NCBI GenBank assembly: GCA_963764715.1
Contig: CAVXTP010000017.1
Coordinates: 146,112 to 210,111, forward strand
Direction: 5' to 3'
DNA: 64,000 nucleotides
From: an uncultured Acidobacteriota bacterium
Lineage (GTDB): Bacteria > Acidobacteriota > Thermoanaerobaculia > UBA5066 > Gp7-AA6
The notes below the pieces were generated by a model that saw nothing but the letters and a program-made list of their open reading frames with translations, searched no databases and was not told the origin of the DNA. This document shows positions 21,227 through 31,876 of this stretch, one piece after another. The stretch's first letter is position 1. The number at the start of each line of letters is the position of its first letter. Both the position numbers and the translations under genes were made by a program.

Positions 21227-21568
21227 CTACTTCTTGGGGGCGAAACCCCGCACGTCGTTCTTCACCAGGCTCTGGATCTGCTCCGGCGTCAGCTTCTTTC
21301 CGAACGGGGGCATGTCGTCCTTGCCCTCGGTCACCGACTTGATGAGCGCGGCGTCGCTCTCGCCGGCCTGAAACTCGGCGTCGGTGAAGTCGCGGGCCTT
21401 GAGCATCTTTCCTTTCGACGTCGTGGCCTTGCCGTCGAGCCCGTGGCACTTGGCGCAATACTTCTCGAACGTCTCCGAAGGAGCCTTCGTCTCGGCCGCG
21501 TAGACCGCGACCGCGACGCCCAGGATCGATCCGAACACCAGACCGCCGAGAACCCGGGTCCGCCTCAT
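21227..21568 (-). CDS. Class I cytochrome c
   Basis: Signal peptide, CAKCH, axial Met in MPPF. Confidence 0.9.
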   Translation of the reverse strand: MRRTRVLGGLVFGSILGVAVAVYAAETKAPSETFEKYCAKCHGLDGKATTSKGKMLKARDFTDAEFQAGESDAALIKSVTEGKDDMPPFGKKLTPEQIQSLVKNDVRGFAPKK

Positions 21569-22488
21569 CCATTCCTCGCTTTCTGAAGATCCTGGAGCAC
21601 CGTCTCGGGCTCCCACTGGTCGCCGTAATAGATCGTCGCGAGCCGGCCGTCGGGACCGACGATCGCGACCGCCTGTGTGTGCACGATCTGTCCCTTGTCG
21701 GGGTAGTAGAGGACGCCGAAGATCTCGGCCACGCGCGCCACGGCCTTCGGATCGCCGGTGAGGAACCTCCAGCGCGCCGGATCGGCGCCCACGTGGCTCG
21801 CGTACTGCCGGAGGGCCTCGGGCGTGTCGTTCTGCGGATCGACCGTGACCGTGAGGAGCTCGCCGAACTTCTCCTTCACGAGCCCCGCCTGGATCTTCGA
21901 GAACCGCGCGACCGTGAGCGGGCAGGCCGTCGCGACGGGACAGCGCGTGTAGACGAACGTCACCGCCACGGGCTGGCCTCGGAACTGCGAGAGCCGGACC
22001 GCGGCGCCGGTCTGGTCGGTCAGCGTGAAGTCCGGCACGACGTCGCCGACGGCGATGCCCTTGTTGGGCTCGGGCTTGACGCCCGATCCGCCGAACGGGG
22101 TCGGCGTCGGGACGAAGCCCTTCGTCAGGATCCCCTCGAGGAAGTAGGTGCTGCCGTCGACGACGAGAGTCGCCTCGATGCGGTCGCCGGGGCGCAGGAA
22201 GGCGATCACCTTCGGATCGTCCCGGACCGGAAAGGCCATCGTCATCGCCGACATGAACCCCGGGATCTCCTCGTGGCTCACGGTGATCCGCGCGCGCGCG
22301 GGGTCGATCGCGGTGATCACGCCGCGCAGCGGATACCGCTTCGCGTCGGGGGAGACCGGCGCCGGCTTTTCGACAGCGATCGCGGGCTTCGTCGGAGCGC
22401 CGGACGGCACTTCCGCCTTCCGGCGGCAGGCCGGAACGGCGAGGGCCGCGAGCAGGAGGGCGGCGGCGGCGAAGGCGAGCCTCTTCAC
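21565..22488 (-). CDS. SCO1/SenC lipoprotein with an N-terminal CusF-like copper-binding domain
   Basis: Lipobox VPAC, HEEIPGFMSAMTM, YTRCPVATACP, TVDPQNDT, IVH. Confidence 0.88.
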   Translation of the reverse strand: MKRLAFAAAALLLAALAVPACRRKAEVPSGAPTKPAIAVEKPAPVSPDAKRYPLRGVITAIDPARARITVSHEEIPGFMSAMTMAFPVRDDPKVIAFLRPGDRIEATLVVDGSTYFLEGILTKGFVPTPTPFGGSGVKPEPNKGIAVGDVVPDFTLTDQTGAAVRLSQFRGQPVAVTFVYTRCPVATACPLTVARFSKIQAGLVKEKFGELLTVTVDPQNDTPEALRQYASHVGADPARWRFLTGDPKAVARVAEIFGVLYYPDKGQIVHTQAVAIVGPDGRLATIYYGDQWEPETVLQDLQKARNG

Positions 22489-23303
22489 GGCGCCTTTCCT
22501 ACAGGATTCGACGCCTCGATTTCAAAGGTTAAGGAAGCCCAAAGGCTCTGCCAGTCCGCGTCGGCCCCCGCGGGCGCGGGCCCCATCTCGACCGCCTTGA
22601 TCATCCAGAATCCGGCTTTCGGAAGCCGGAGCGCCGCCCGGCCATCGCGGCCGGTCCGCGCGGAGAACGCCGCCGCAGGCTCTCCGTGGAGCTGCGCGTG
22701 GACGAGCGCGCCGGCGAGCGGCTTCCCCTCGAGCAGAAGGCGCACGGGCAGCGCATCGCCCGGGCGCAGCGCGTACGGGCTCTTCTCCGGAACGAGCTCG
22801 AGCGTGAAGCCGAGCGGCCGGTCGAAGCCCGCCGCGCCCGCGCTCCCGACGTCGAGGATCGCCTTGGCGCAGCGCGAGAAGACCTCGCGGCCGGGCTTGT
22901 CCGTCTCGCCTCGTTTCGCGCGCAGGGCCGCGATCTTCTCGAGGCCCTCCTCCTTCAGGTAGTCCTCGAACTTCGCCGCGTCGAGCGACACCGGGTAGTT
23001 GAGGCTGCGGTAACCGACGATCGCGAGGCCGGGCTCCGCGACGCGGATCGTCCCGGCCGGGTCGTCGCCGGGCCCGCCGGGAATCGCCTCTTCTCCGGAT
23101 GCCGAGACGAGCACGAACTTCGAGACGAGCTGCGGCACGCGCGGAAACGGCTCGCCCTCGAAGTGGGGGCCGACGAAGAGGCGCAATCCGACCGTCGCGC
23201 CGACGGCCGGCCGGAAGCTCGACGGCTCGATCCAGAAGTCGTGCGCCGAAAGCGGCGAAGCCACGAGGGCCGCCGCCAGGACACTGGAGAAGAGACGCCT
23301 CAT
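22485..23303 (-). CDS. DUF4198 family periplasmic protein
   Basis: Signal peptide ending SA-HDFWIEP, LELVP, C-terminal WASLTF. Confidence 0.85.
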   Translation of the reverse strand: MRRLFSSVLAAALVASPLSAHDFWIEPSSFRPAVGATVGLRLFVGPHFEGEPFPRVPQLVSKFVLVSASGEEAIPGGPGDDPAGTIRVAEPGLAIVGYRSLNYPVSLDAAKFEDYLKEEGLEKIAALRAKRGETDKPGREVFSRCAKAILDVGSAGAAGFDRPLGFTLELVPEKSPYALRPGDALPVRLLLEGKPLAGALVHAQLHGEPAAAFSARTGRDGRAALRLPKAGFWMIKAVEMGPAPAGADADWQSLWASLTFEIEASNPVGKAP

Positions 23304-24274
23304 CCGGCGGCCGCGGCCTTGCGCGAGGCGATGTAGCCCGAGAGCTTTGAGAGATCGACGTTGCCCCCCGAAATCACGACGCCGACCTTCTTGCCGAGGA
23401 AGTCCGCCTTCTTGTACCGCACCGCGGCCGCGGCGGCCGCGCCCGAGGGCTCCGCGAGGACCTTCATGCGCTCGAGCATGAAGGTCAGGGTCTCGACCAT
23501 CTCGTCGTCGGACACGAGGAGGATGTCCTCGACCTTCTCCTGGACGATCGGGAACGTGAGCTTGCCCGGGGTCGTGACGCGCAGGCCGTCGGCGATCGTC
23601 GGATTCTGCTTGACCTCGACGCGCGCGCCGGCGGCGAGCGACCGCCTCGTGTCGTCGGCCGTCTCGGGCTCCGCGCCGTAGACCTTGATGTCCGGGCGCA
23701 TGTGGCGCGCGGCCGTGGCCCAGCCGCCGATGAGACCGCCGCCCGAGACGCACACGACGAGGGCGTCCAGGTCGGGCACGTCCTCGAGCAGCTCGACGGC
23801 GCCCGTGGCGGCGCCGGCCATGATGAGCTCGTCGTCGAAGGGCGGAACGAGCAGGGCGTTCTTCTCGCGCGCGATCTCGGCGGCGAGGTCGTCGCGGCTC
23901 TGCATCTGCCGGTCGTAGAGGACGACTTCCGCGCCGTAGCCGCGCGTGGCGTCGATCTTCGATTGCGGCGCGTCCTTCGGCATCACGATCGTGGCGGAGA
24001 GGCCGAGGAGCTTCGCCACGAGCGCGACGGCCTGTGCGTGGTTCCCGGAGGAGAATGCGACGACGGCCTCGACCTTCCCCCGCTCGCTCTCGGCCTTGAT
24101 CTTGTTGTAGGCGCCCCGGAACTTGAAGGCGCCGACGCGCTGCAGGTTCTCGGCCTTGAAGTGGACCTCCGCGCCGCACTCCGCGTCGAACTGCTTCGAG
24201 TGGAGGACGGGCGTGCGGTGGGCCACCCCCGCAAGGCGTTTTCTCGCCGCTTGGATGTCTTCCCAGGTGGGCAT
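23300..24274 (-). CDS. PLP-dependent serine/threonine dehydratase / serine racemase family protein
   Basis: KAENLQRVGAFKFRGA, SSGNHAQ, PFDD, EPSGA, SGGNVD. Confidence 0.92.
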   Translation of the reverse strand: MPTWEDIQAARKRLAGVAHRTPVLHSKQFDAECGAEVHFKAENLQRVGAFKFRGAYNKIKAESERGKVEAVVAFSSGNHAQAVALVAKLLGLSATIVMPKDAPQSKIDATRGYGAEVVLYDRQMQSRDDLAAEIAREKNALLVPPFDDELIMAGAATGAVELLEDVPDLDALVVCVSGGGLIGGWATAARHMRPDIKVYGAEPETADDTRRSLAAGARVEVKQNPTIADGLRVTTPGKLTFPIVQEKVEDILLVSDDEMVETLTFMLERMKVLAEPSGAAAAAAVRYKKADFLGKKVGVVISGGNVDLSKLSGYIASRKAAAAG

Positions 24275-24300
24275 CAGCAGTCACTCCAATTCCCCGGGGC

Positions 24301-24359
24301 GTAGGGGCGGGGCTTGTCCCCGCCCTCCCGGATCGGGCGGCCACGAGGGCCGCCCCTAC
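24301..24359. repeat. GTAG-type REP doublet
   Basis: GTAGGGGCGGGGCTTGTCCCCGCCC...GGGCGGCCACGAGGGCCGCCCCTAC. Confidence 0.88.
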
Positions 24360-24372
24360 GACCGGGGGCCCA

Positions 24373-25713
24373 CTACGATACGACGACCGGCGTAATCGAG
24401 ATCTGTCCCTTCCACTCCCCGATCGCCGCCAGCGCCCGGTCGACCATCCGCTGGCGCCGCACCTGCTTGTCCCGGACCGGCGAGTGCGAGGTGTCCTCGA
24501 TCAGGCCGAACGTCACGTTCATCGGCTCGAACTTCTCCTCCGGCGGACGCTCCGAGCAGTGCCGCGCGAGCGACCCGATCGCGGTCGTGTAGGGCACCGG
24601 CACGGGCTCGCGGCCCTCGAGGAGCTGCGCCAGCGCGAGGCCGACGGCGAGCCCGGTCGCCGCGCTCTCGACGTAGCCCTCGACGCCCGTGATCTGGCCG
24701 GCGAAGAAGATCCGGGGCTCGCGGCGCATCCGAAAGAACCGGTCGAGGTGCGCCGGCGCGTGGATGTAGGTGTTGCGGTGGAGCATCCCGTAGCGCGCGA
24801 AGACGGCGTTCTCGAGGCCCGGGATCATCCGGAAGACGCGCTGCTGCTCCGGGATCTTCAGCTTCGTCTGGAAGCCGACGATGTTGTAGTGCTCCTTCGC
24901 GAGGTCGTCCTGCCGGAGCTGCACGACCGCCCACGGAAGGCGGCCCGTCTTCGGGTCGGGCAGGCCCATCGGCTTCATGGGCCCGTGGCGCAGCGTCTCG
25001 CGTCCGCGCTCGGCCATGACTTCGATCGGAAGGCACCCCTCGAAGTAGACGCCCTTCTCGAAGTCCTTGATCGGGACGGTCTCGCCCGAGAGCAGCGCGT
25101 CGAGGAACCGCTCGTATTCCTCGCGCGTCAGCGGGCAGTTCCAGTAGTCCTCGCCCTCGCCCTTGCCGTAGCGCGACATCGCGTACATCTTCGAGAGATC
25201 CAGCGAGGACGCCTCGACGATCGGCGCCATGGAGTCGTAGAAGTAGAGGTCCGCGGTCCCGAGGAGCTCCCCGATCGCACGATCGAGCGCCGGCGAGGTG
25301 AGCGGCCCCGTCGCGATGACCACGTACCCGTCCCGCGGGATCGACGTGACCTCCTCGCGGACGAGCTCGATCTCGGGACGCGCGGCGATCGCATCGGTCA
25401 CGAGGCCGGCGAAGACGTGCCGGTCCATCGCGAGGGCGTCCCCGGCCGGCACCGCCGCCGCCCGGGCGGACCGGATGACGAGCGAGTCGAGGGCCTCCAT
25501 CTCCCGCTTGATGAGGCCGACGGCGTTGCGCGGGTTGTCGGAGCGGAACGAGTTCGAGCAGACGAGCTCGGCGCAGCGATCGGTTGCGTGCGCCGAGGTC
25601 GTCACCTTCGGCCGCATCTCGAAGAGCCGCACGCGGTGGCCCCGCCGGGCGAGCTGCCAGGCGCACTCCGAGCCCGCGAGGCCCGCCCCGACGATGGAGA
25701 CCGTGTCAGTCAC
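24373..25713 (-). CDS. trmFO: tRNA (uracil-54) methyltransferase TrmFO
   Basis: GAGLAGSE, ELVCSNS, YFEGCLPIE, HRNTY, GVEGYVES. Confidence 0.97.
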   Translation of the reverse strand: MTDTVSIVGAGLAGSECAWQLARRGHRVRLFEMRPKVTTSAHATDRCAELVCSNSFRSDNPRNAVGLIKREMEALDSLVIRSARAAAVPAGDALAMDRHVFAGLVTDAIAARPEIELVREEVTSIPRDGYVVIATGPLTSPALDRAIGELLGTADLYFYDSMAPIVEASSLDLSKMYAMSRYGKGEGEDYWNCPLTREEYERFLDALLSGETVPIKDFEKGVYFEGCLPIEVMAERGRETLRHGPMKPMGLPDPKTGRLPWAVVQLRQDDLAKEHYNIVGFQTKLKIPEQQRVFRMIPGLENAVFARYGMLHRNTYIHAPAHLDRFFRMRREPRIFFAGQITGVEGYVESAATGLAVGLALAQLLEGREPVPVPYTTAIGSLARHCSERPPEEKFEPMNVTFGLIEDTSHSPVRDKQVRRQRMVDRALAAIGEWKGQISITPVVVS

Positions 25714-25746
25714 GGGGCCGATTCTATGGGCCGGACCGAAAGCAAC

Positions 25747-27655
25747 CTACCAGCCGCCTCCGCCGCCCCCGCCGGAGCTCCCGCCCCCGCCGCCTCCGCC
25801 GCCGCCCCCGCCGGAGGACGACGAAGGCGAGGCCACGCCCGCGGCGAGCGCACCCGCGGCCACGGCCCAGGTGCCGGACGCACCCGCGCCGCCAAAAGCG
25901 CCACCGCCGCCCGTCCAGCCTCCGCCGCTCGAGGACGACGACGAGGACGACCCGCTGCCGCTCGACGATCCCCGCCACGTCGTGCCCGCCCCGGTCGCGG
26001 CCGCCGCCGCGGCCCCGTGCGCCTTGAACCACTGGTCCGCCTCGGCGGTCAGGCCGAAGGCGACGACGTAGGGAAACCACTCGTCCTTCAGCCGCGGCGC
26101 GGGGCTGTGAAGCTCTCCGCCGAAATAGCGTCGGGCCGAGGCCAGGGCCTTGCGCCGCGCGATGCGGCGGGGGCCGTTGCGGGTCTTCGCGATGAAGAAC
26201 ACGCCGCTGACGACCGCGAGCCTCAGGAACAAGGTCCCGATGACGACGATCGCCGGGTAGCGGCCGCCCTCGCGCACCCCCATCCAGGCGAACCAGAAGA
26301 GCAGCGCCGGCACCCAAAGGAAGAGCGGCGACCAGGCGTCGAGGCGGTCGACCCGCTTCTGGTAGGCCCAGGCGCAGAGCGCGCCGATCCCGTACACGAC
26401 GAGGTTGACGATGAAGATCCCGATCGCCGTGCCGAGCTCCTCGGCGTCGGTCAGGACCGCGTAGCCGTGCGCGGCGAAGCCAAGCGAGGAAGAGCAGCGC
26501 CGTGAGTCGCCCGCCCGTCGCCTCCGCCTTGTCCTGAAAGTCGGGAAGGGTCTTCAGCTTCGCCTCGAGGTCCGGCTTGATCTTCGAGGACGGGTCGAAC
26601 CCGCTCGCCTTGTAGTGCGCCTTGATCGCGTCGGTGTCGGTCTCCTTGCGGTTCGAGAAGAAGAGGGCAGAGACGAGGTCCCGGTCGTAGCCCGAAAGTT
26701 CCGAAACGGGCACGAGCAGCCGCATCGAGAGCTTCTTCCCCGAGGCCTCCGTCGAGATCTTCTTTTCGGCCGCGAGCCGCGCGAGGACGGCCGCGACCTC
26801 GGGGGCGCCGATCGTCTCGTCCCAGAGCGCCCCGGCTTCCTCGGGCGCGAGCGAGAGCAGGTTCTTCTCGAGCCAGGCCGCGTCGATCGCGCCGGGCGGG
26901 GTCAGCGGCGCGAACCGGCCGAGCGCCGTCTCGCGCCTGCGCCAGGCGGCGTAGAGCAGCACGATCGCGGCCGCCAGCACGCCGAGAATCCCGCGCCGCA
27001 TCCCCGGGCCCATCACCGACGCCGAAGCCACGGGCGCGCCGCTTCCCGTGTAGGCCAGCGGAACCGTCACGGTGAAGTTCGACTTCGCGGGAAGGACGCC
27101 GCTCTCGTACTTGCCCGGGAACGGCCCGAGGGGCTTCCACACCGGATCGAGCTCGAGCGAGACCCTGAGCTTCTGGATGGGCCACTCGGCTTCCGGGAGG
27201 CCGAAGTTGTGGTCGAGAAGGTAGGTGCTTCCCTGCTTCACGAGGACGCCCGAGAGAACGTAGGCGACCTCGTAGACGAGCGCGGTCTTCTGGAACTCGG
27301 GATCGGTCGGGAGCCGGCTCCGCCACCGCAGCACGCCCGGGCCCGTCCAGCCGAACTCGTCGACCGCCGAGAGGCCGCCCTCCGAGAGCGGATGCCGCGT
27401 GCCGTCGGGGTCGATGCGCGTCAGCGACTCGAGCTTCACTCCCTGGCCGCGGAAGAGGCGGAACGTGCGCTCTCCGCCGTTCCAGTCGCCCGTGAAGACC
27501 ATCGACTGCGTCTCGACGACGTGCAGGGCGCCCTCGGCATCGAGCCGGGCCTTGACATCGATCGAGCTCCAGGAGAGCTCGCGGGCCGGGGCGAGCGACG
27601 CCGCCGCGAAAGCGAGGATCGACACCAGGAGCGCGCGATCGAGAGCTCGTTTCAT
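25747..27655 (-). CDS. DUF2207 family membrane protein (+1 frameshift near 26482)
   Basis: DUF2207-type N-terminus and C-terminal PYVVAFG...GGGGGGGW lie in different frames. Removing one base restores continuity. Confidence 0.8.
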
Positions 27656-27693
27656 GACTCGATTCTACGACCCGGCCGCGCGCAAGGCGCGCC

Positions 27694-28110
27694 TCACGCG
27701 ATCCGCTCCTTGCGCCGCGCCACGGGAACGACGAACCGGATCGACGTCAGGCGCGGGGAGAAGGCCGCGATCTTGTTGTCGACGAGCCCAGCCGCGAGCC
27801 CCGCCTTCTGGACGTCGATCCAGAGGAACGGAAACTCGAGCTCGGCGACGAACGGCTTCTTCGGAAAGACGATCCAGAGCGAGCCCGCCGGCTCGAGGCG
27901 CTTCTCGAGGTCGGCGAAAAACGCCGAAAGCGAGCCTTCCGGGGGCACCTCGGCCATCAGCCACGCGTGCCGCCCGGCCGGGAGCTTCGCCACGCGCTCG
28001 ACGAGCGGGCCGAAGGTCGAGCGCATCGTCTTCACGAACTCGTCGGAGCGGCCGAGAGCGTAGGCCGGGCCCTCGGCCGGGAGGGAGAACTTCTCCCAGG
28101 GAGCCCTCAT
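27694..28110 (-). CDS. Hypothetical protein, DUF3052-like
   Basis: GSLWIVFPKK...GLAAGLVDNKIAAF. Confidence 0.6.
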   Translation of the reverse strand: MRAPWEKFSLPAEGPAYALGRSDEFVKTMRSTFGPLVERVAKLPAGRHAWLMAEVPPEGSLSAFFADLEKRLEPAGSLWIVFPKKPFVAELEFPFLWIDVQKAGLAAGLVDNKIAAFSPRLTSIRFVVPVARRKERIA

Positions 28111-28145
28111 GCGCCGATTCTATGCGGGAGTCCTAAGATGGAGGC

Positions 28146-28865
28146 GTGACCTTCGAGGCGGACCTCTATCCCGACGAGTACTACGAGGGCCTGCACCGGG
28201 TCACCCCCTTCGCCGCGCCGACGCGCAAGTGGCGCGAGCGGGACCGGGACATCCTCCGGCTCGCTCTCCCCGCGCCGGACCAGGTGGTCCTCGATCTCGG
28301 CTCGGCCCGCGGCGACGTCTGCTTCCTCCTCGCGCCCCGCGTCCGGGAGGCGATCGGCGTCGACGCCTCGCGGCGGGCGCTCGAGATCGCCGAGGCCGAA
28401 CGCACCCGCCGCGGCCTCGCGAACGTCCGCTTCGTGCGGAGCGACGTCGCGACCCTCGAGGGGATCCCCGACGCCTCGATCGACCTCGCCGGCGCCTTCG
28501 ACCTGCTCGAGCACGTCGACGACGGGACGGTCCGGCAGATGCTGCGGGCGCTCGCGCGGGTCCTGAAGCCCGGGGGCGTCCTCGCCGCGTACACGCCCAA
28601 CCGCGAGCACTACGTCGAGCGGCTCAAGGCGCACGACTTCCTGCTGAAGCAGTTCCCCGAGCACATCGCCGTGCGCCGGCCGCGGGAGATCCGGCGGCTC
28701 CTCGAGGAGTCGGGCTGGCGGGTCCTCGCGCTGACCTACTCCCCCGCCCCGTTTCCGGCCGTCCGCTGGATCGAGAAGGCCCTCTGGAGGCTGCCCGGGA
28801 TCGGCCGCCTCTTCCGCTACCGCATCCTCCTGCGCGCCGCGCCCGGGGCCGCACGCCGGGGATAG
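28146..28865 (+). CDS. Class I SAM-dependent methyltransferase
   Basis: VLDLGSARG, GVD, LLEHV, LKPGG, TPN. Confidence 0.88.
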   Translation: MTFEADLYPDEYYEGLHRVTPFAAPTRKWRERDRDILRLALPAPDQVVLDLGSARGDVCFLLAPRVREAIGVDASRRALEIAEAERTRRGLANVRFVRSDVATLEGIPDASIDLAGAFDLLEHVDDGTVRQMLRALARVLKPGGVLAAYTPNREHYVERLKAHDFLLKQFPEHIAVRRPREIRRLLEESGWRVLALTYSPAPFPAVRWIEKALWRLPGIGRLFRYRILLRAAPGAARRG

Positions 28866-28877
28866 ACTGGTCGGTTC

Positions 28878-29739
28878 ATGCGCGTGAGCGTCGTCGTTCC
28901 CTGCCGTAACGCCGCCCGAACCGTCGGGCGAGGCCGTCGCGTCGGCGTTCGCCCAGTCCGAGCGGCCGGCCGAGGTCGTCGTGGTGGACGACGCTTCGAC
29001 GGACGGCTCGGCCGACGCCGCGCGCCAGGCCGGGGCCCGGGTCATCCGCAACGCCTCCCGGCGCAACGCCGGCGGAGCCCGCAACGCCGGCATCGAGGCG
29101 ACGGAGGGCGACCTCCTCGGGTTTCTCGACGCCGACGCGGTCGCTCCGCCCGACTGGCTGGCGCGCGCCCGGAGCGCGTTCGAGAGCGACCCGACGATCG
29201 TCGGCGTCGGCGGCCGGATCGTCAACGGCCGGCCGGGGCGCTACGGCGAGCTCGACTACTACTTGAACCACTCCGAGTGGATCGCCGCGGGCGCGCCCTC
29301 GGCGAAGGCCAACATCCCGACGATGGCGATCGTCTACCGGCGGGACGCGATCGGCCCGGTGCGCTTTCCCGAGACGAACACCGGCGAGGACACGGTCTTC
29401 GCCCTCGCCGTCACGGCCCGCGGCGGACGGCTCTGGTACGACCCCGCGATCGCCGTGACGCACCGCCACGAGCGACTCGACTGGGGCGCGTTCTGGGAGA
29501 AGCAGGTCGCCTGCGGGCGGACGATCTACGAAACACGGCGCGACCACGACCGGCCGGGCAAGTCGCTCGTGCGCTTCCCGGCCCTGCTCCTCCTCTTCCC
29601 GCACCTCTGGATCACGGTCGGCCGGATGCTCCGCGCGGGCCATGGCGGCCGGGCCGTCGCGCTCTTTCCCTGGCTCTTCACCGGCGAGATCGCGCGGATC
29701 AAGGGCTTCCTCCAGGCCCGGGAAGCCCGGGCCGCATGA
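28878..29739 (+). CDS. Glycosyltransferase family 2 (+1 frameshift at GGG 28926-28928)
   Basis: VSVVVPCRN in one frame, VVDDASTD, ARNAG, FLDAD and GED in the next. Confidence 0.85.
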
Positions 29740-30843
29740 CCGTTCGCAAGCTCGCGCAGGGCCTCGCCCTCGCCCGCGACTGGATCGCCCCGACGGACGC
29801 GATCGCGCAGTGGACCCACTTCGTGACCTCGGTCTGCAACGCGCGCTGCGCGCACTGCTTCTACCCGATCAACGCCGGCAAGAACGAGCTGACGCTCGAG
29901 GAGATGGACCGCTTCGCCGCGACGCTGCCGCCGATCCGGCTGCTGCTGATCTCCGGAGGCGAGCCGTTTCTCCGGCGCGATCTGCCGGAGCTCATCCGGA
30001 TCTACTTCGAGCGCTGCGCCTTCTTCTCCGCCTCGATCCCGACCAACGGCTTCTCTCCCGACGAGATTGCCCGGGCGGCCGAGAAGATCTGCTCCTTCTC
30101 GCCGGACCTTTCGCTCGGCGTGACGGTCTCGATCGACGGCTTCCGGGACTTCCACGACCGCGTGCGCGCCGTGCCCGGGGCTCTACGACCGGGCGCTCGC
30201 GACTCTCGAGGCCCTGATCGCGCTCTCGCGCCGGACGCCGAACCTCACGGCCGGCGTCACCACGGTCTTCATGCGGGACAACCAGAAGGAAGTCGAGGAT
30301 TTCTGCGAGTTCGTCTACGCGAAGTACCGGCCGAACCACCACTCGCTCGGCTTCGTCCGCGGCGAGGCCTTCGACCCCTCCGTCAAGGAGGACCTCGACG
30401 TCGATCTGTATCTCCGCCTGTCGAAGACGATCGACCTCCGCTATCCTCCGGACGAGGCCCGGGGCGGCTGGAAGGGCGCCCGGACCCGGGCGCGGCGGGA
30501 GATCAACCGCCGCCGCTTCGAGTACATCGGCCGCCAGGCGAAGGGCGGAGCGTTCGAGGGGTTCTGCCTCGCCGGTGAAAGGGAGTACGTCCTGACGGAA
30601 GAGGGAAACATCCACGGCTGCGAGCTCATCTCGGACGTCCTCGGGAACGTGCGCGAGTCGGGCTACGACTGGGCGAAGATCCGCGAGAGCGAAGCCGCCC
30701 GGCAGTTCGTCTCCGCCAAGCACGCCCGCCTCTGCAAGTGCACGCACGAGTGCAACGCGCGGACGATGATCCTCTTCGACAAGAAGAACGCCCTGCCGAT
30801 CGTCGGAGCCATGGCCGGCTTCGAGGCGAGGCGCACGTCATGA
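29736..30843 (+). CDS. Radical SAM protein with a C-terminal auxiliary-cluster domain (+1 frameshift at GGGG 30177-30180)
   Basis: CNARCAHC, GGEPF, SIDG, then CLAG...GCE...CKCTHEC. Confidence 0.85.
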
Positions 30844-31793
30844 GCAAGGGAAAGAACGGTCTGCGCCTGAAGTCGCTCAAGTACATGCTCGAGCTGACGT
30901 CCCGCTGCAACCTGCGCTGCGGGATGTGTCCCATGGACGTCCTGACGCGGCCCTTCGAGGACGCGCCGTTCGACATGGTCGAGGACGTCGCCCGGCAGAT
31001 GCGGGAGCTGAAGCTCCCGATGAAGTACCTGCACGAGATGGGCGAGCCCTTCCTCTACAAGCGGCTGTGCGAAGCGATCGACCTCTTCCCCGGCGTCTGC
31101 GTCTCGACCAACGGGACGCTGCTCTCCGAGCAGTGGGCCCGGGACATCCTCTCCTCGTCGCTCTCGAAGCTCCGCATCTGCATCGACACGCTGAAGCCCG
31201 AGGTCTACCCGATCGTGCGTAAGGGCGGGAAGTTCGACGCCGTCGTCGAGAACATCCGCCGGTTCCTCGAGATGTCGAAGGGAAAGAAGATCGTCGTCGA
31301 GATCCAGCGCATGATCACGACCCAGACGCACGACGAGAGCGTGCAGAGCTTCCGCGACTTCTTCCACCTCGACCGCTACCCGCAGGCGACGATCATCCAG
31401 AAGACCTGCGAGGGCCTCGACACCTCCGAGGTCACCGAGCTCCACCAGGCCTACTACGGCTGCTTCCAGGGAACGCCGTACCAGTGGTTCGTCATCCTCT
31501 GCAACGGCGACGTCACGCACTGCTGCTACGACTACGACGGCACGCAGAAGCTCGGCAACGTCCGCGAGAAGTCGATTCCCGAGATCGCGGCCTCGCCGTT
31601 TCTCGCGACGATCGAGGAGGGGTTCCGCTCGGGCGACTTCTCGAAACTCCCGCGCTGCGCCGAGTGCTTCAAGAACCCGGCGGCGAAGCCGCCGCTGACC
31701 GACCGCCTCTGGCGCATCGCCCAGGCCTTCCCGTGGAAGGACCCCTTCCGGAAGTTCCTGAACGTCCCGGGCGTCCCGGGCGGAGAGAACTAG
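30840..31793 (+). CDS. Radical SAM / SPASM-twitch domain protein
   Basis: CNLRCGMC, GEPF, TNG, GDVTHCCYD, GNV, CAEC. Confidence 0.9.
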   Translation: MSKGKNGLRLKSLKYMLELTSRCNLRCGMCPMDVLTRPFEDAPFDMVEDVARQMRELKLPMKYLHEMGEPFLYKRLCEAIDLFPGVCVSTNGTLLSEQWARDILSSSLSKLRICIDTLKPEVYPIVRKGGKFDAVVENIRRFLEMSKGKKIVVEIQRMITTQTHDESVQSFRDFFHLDRYPQATIIQKTCEGLDTSEVTELHQAYYGCFQGTPYQWFVILCNGDVTHCCYDYDGTQKLGNVREKSIPEIAASPFLATIEEGFRSGDFSKLPRCAECFKNPAAKPPLTDRLWRIAQAFPWKDPFRKFLNVPGVPGGEN

Positions 31794-31851
31794 GTAGAGC
31801 TTCGCGGTCGGCGTTCCGCCCGAAGCGCCGGGACGGACCATGCGGCCGCCC

Positions 31852-31876
31852 GGGCGGGGACAAGCCCCGCCCCTAC
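31852..31876. repeat. GTAG-type REP overlapping the topA stop codon
   Basis: GGGCGGGGACAAGCCCCGCCCCTAC. Confidence 0.85.

Noticed and set aside
25747-25970. GGC/TCG low-complexity repeats
   Set aside because: Encode the normal Gly/Ser-rich tail of DUF2207 proteins.
29736-31793. Radical SAMs as RiPP maturases or membrane-spanning lipid synthases
   Set aside because: No precursor peptide, RRE or B12-binding domain evident. Context points to glycan chemistry, and this cannot be assigned without a search.
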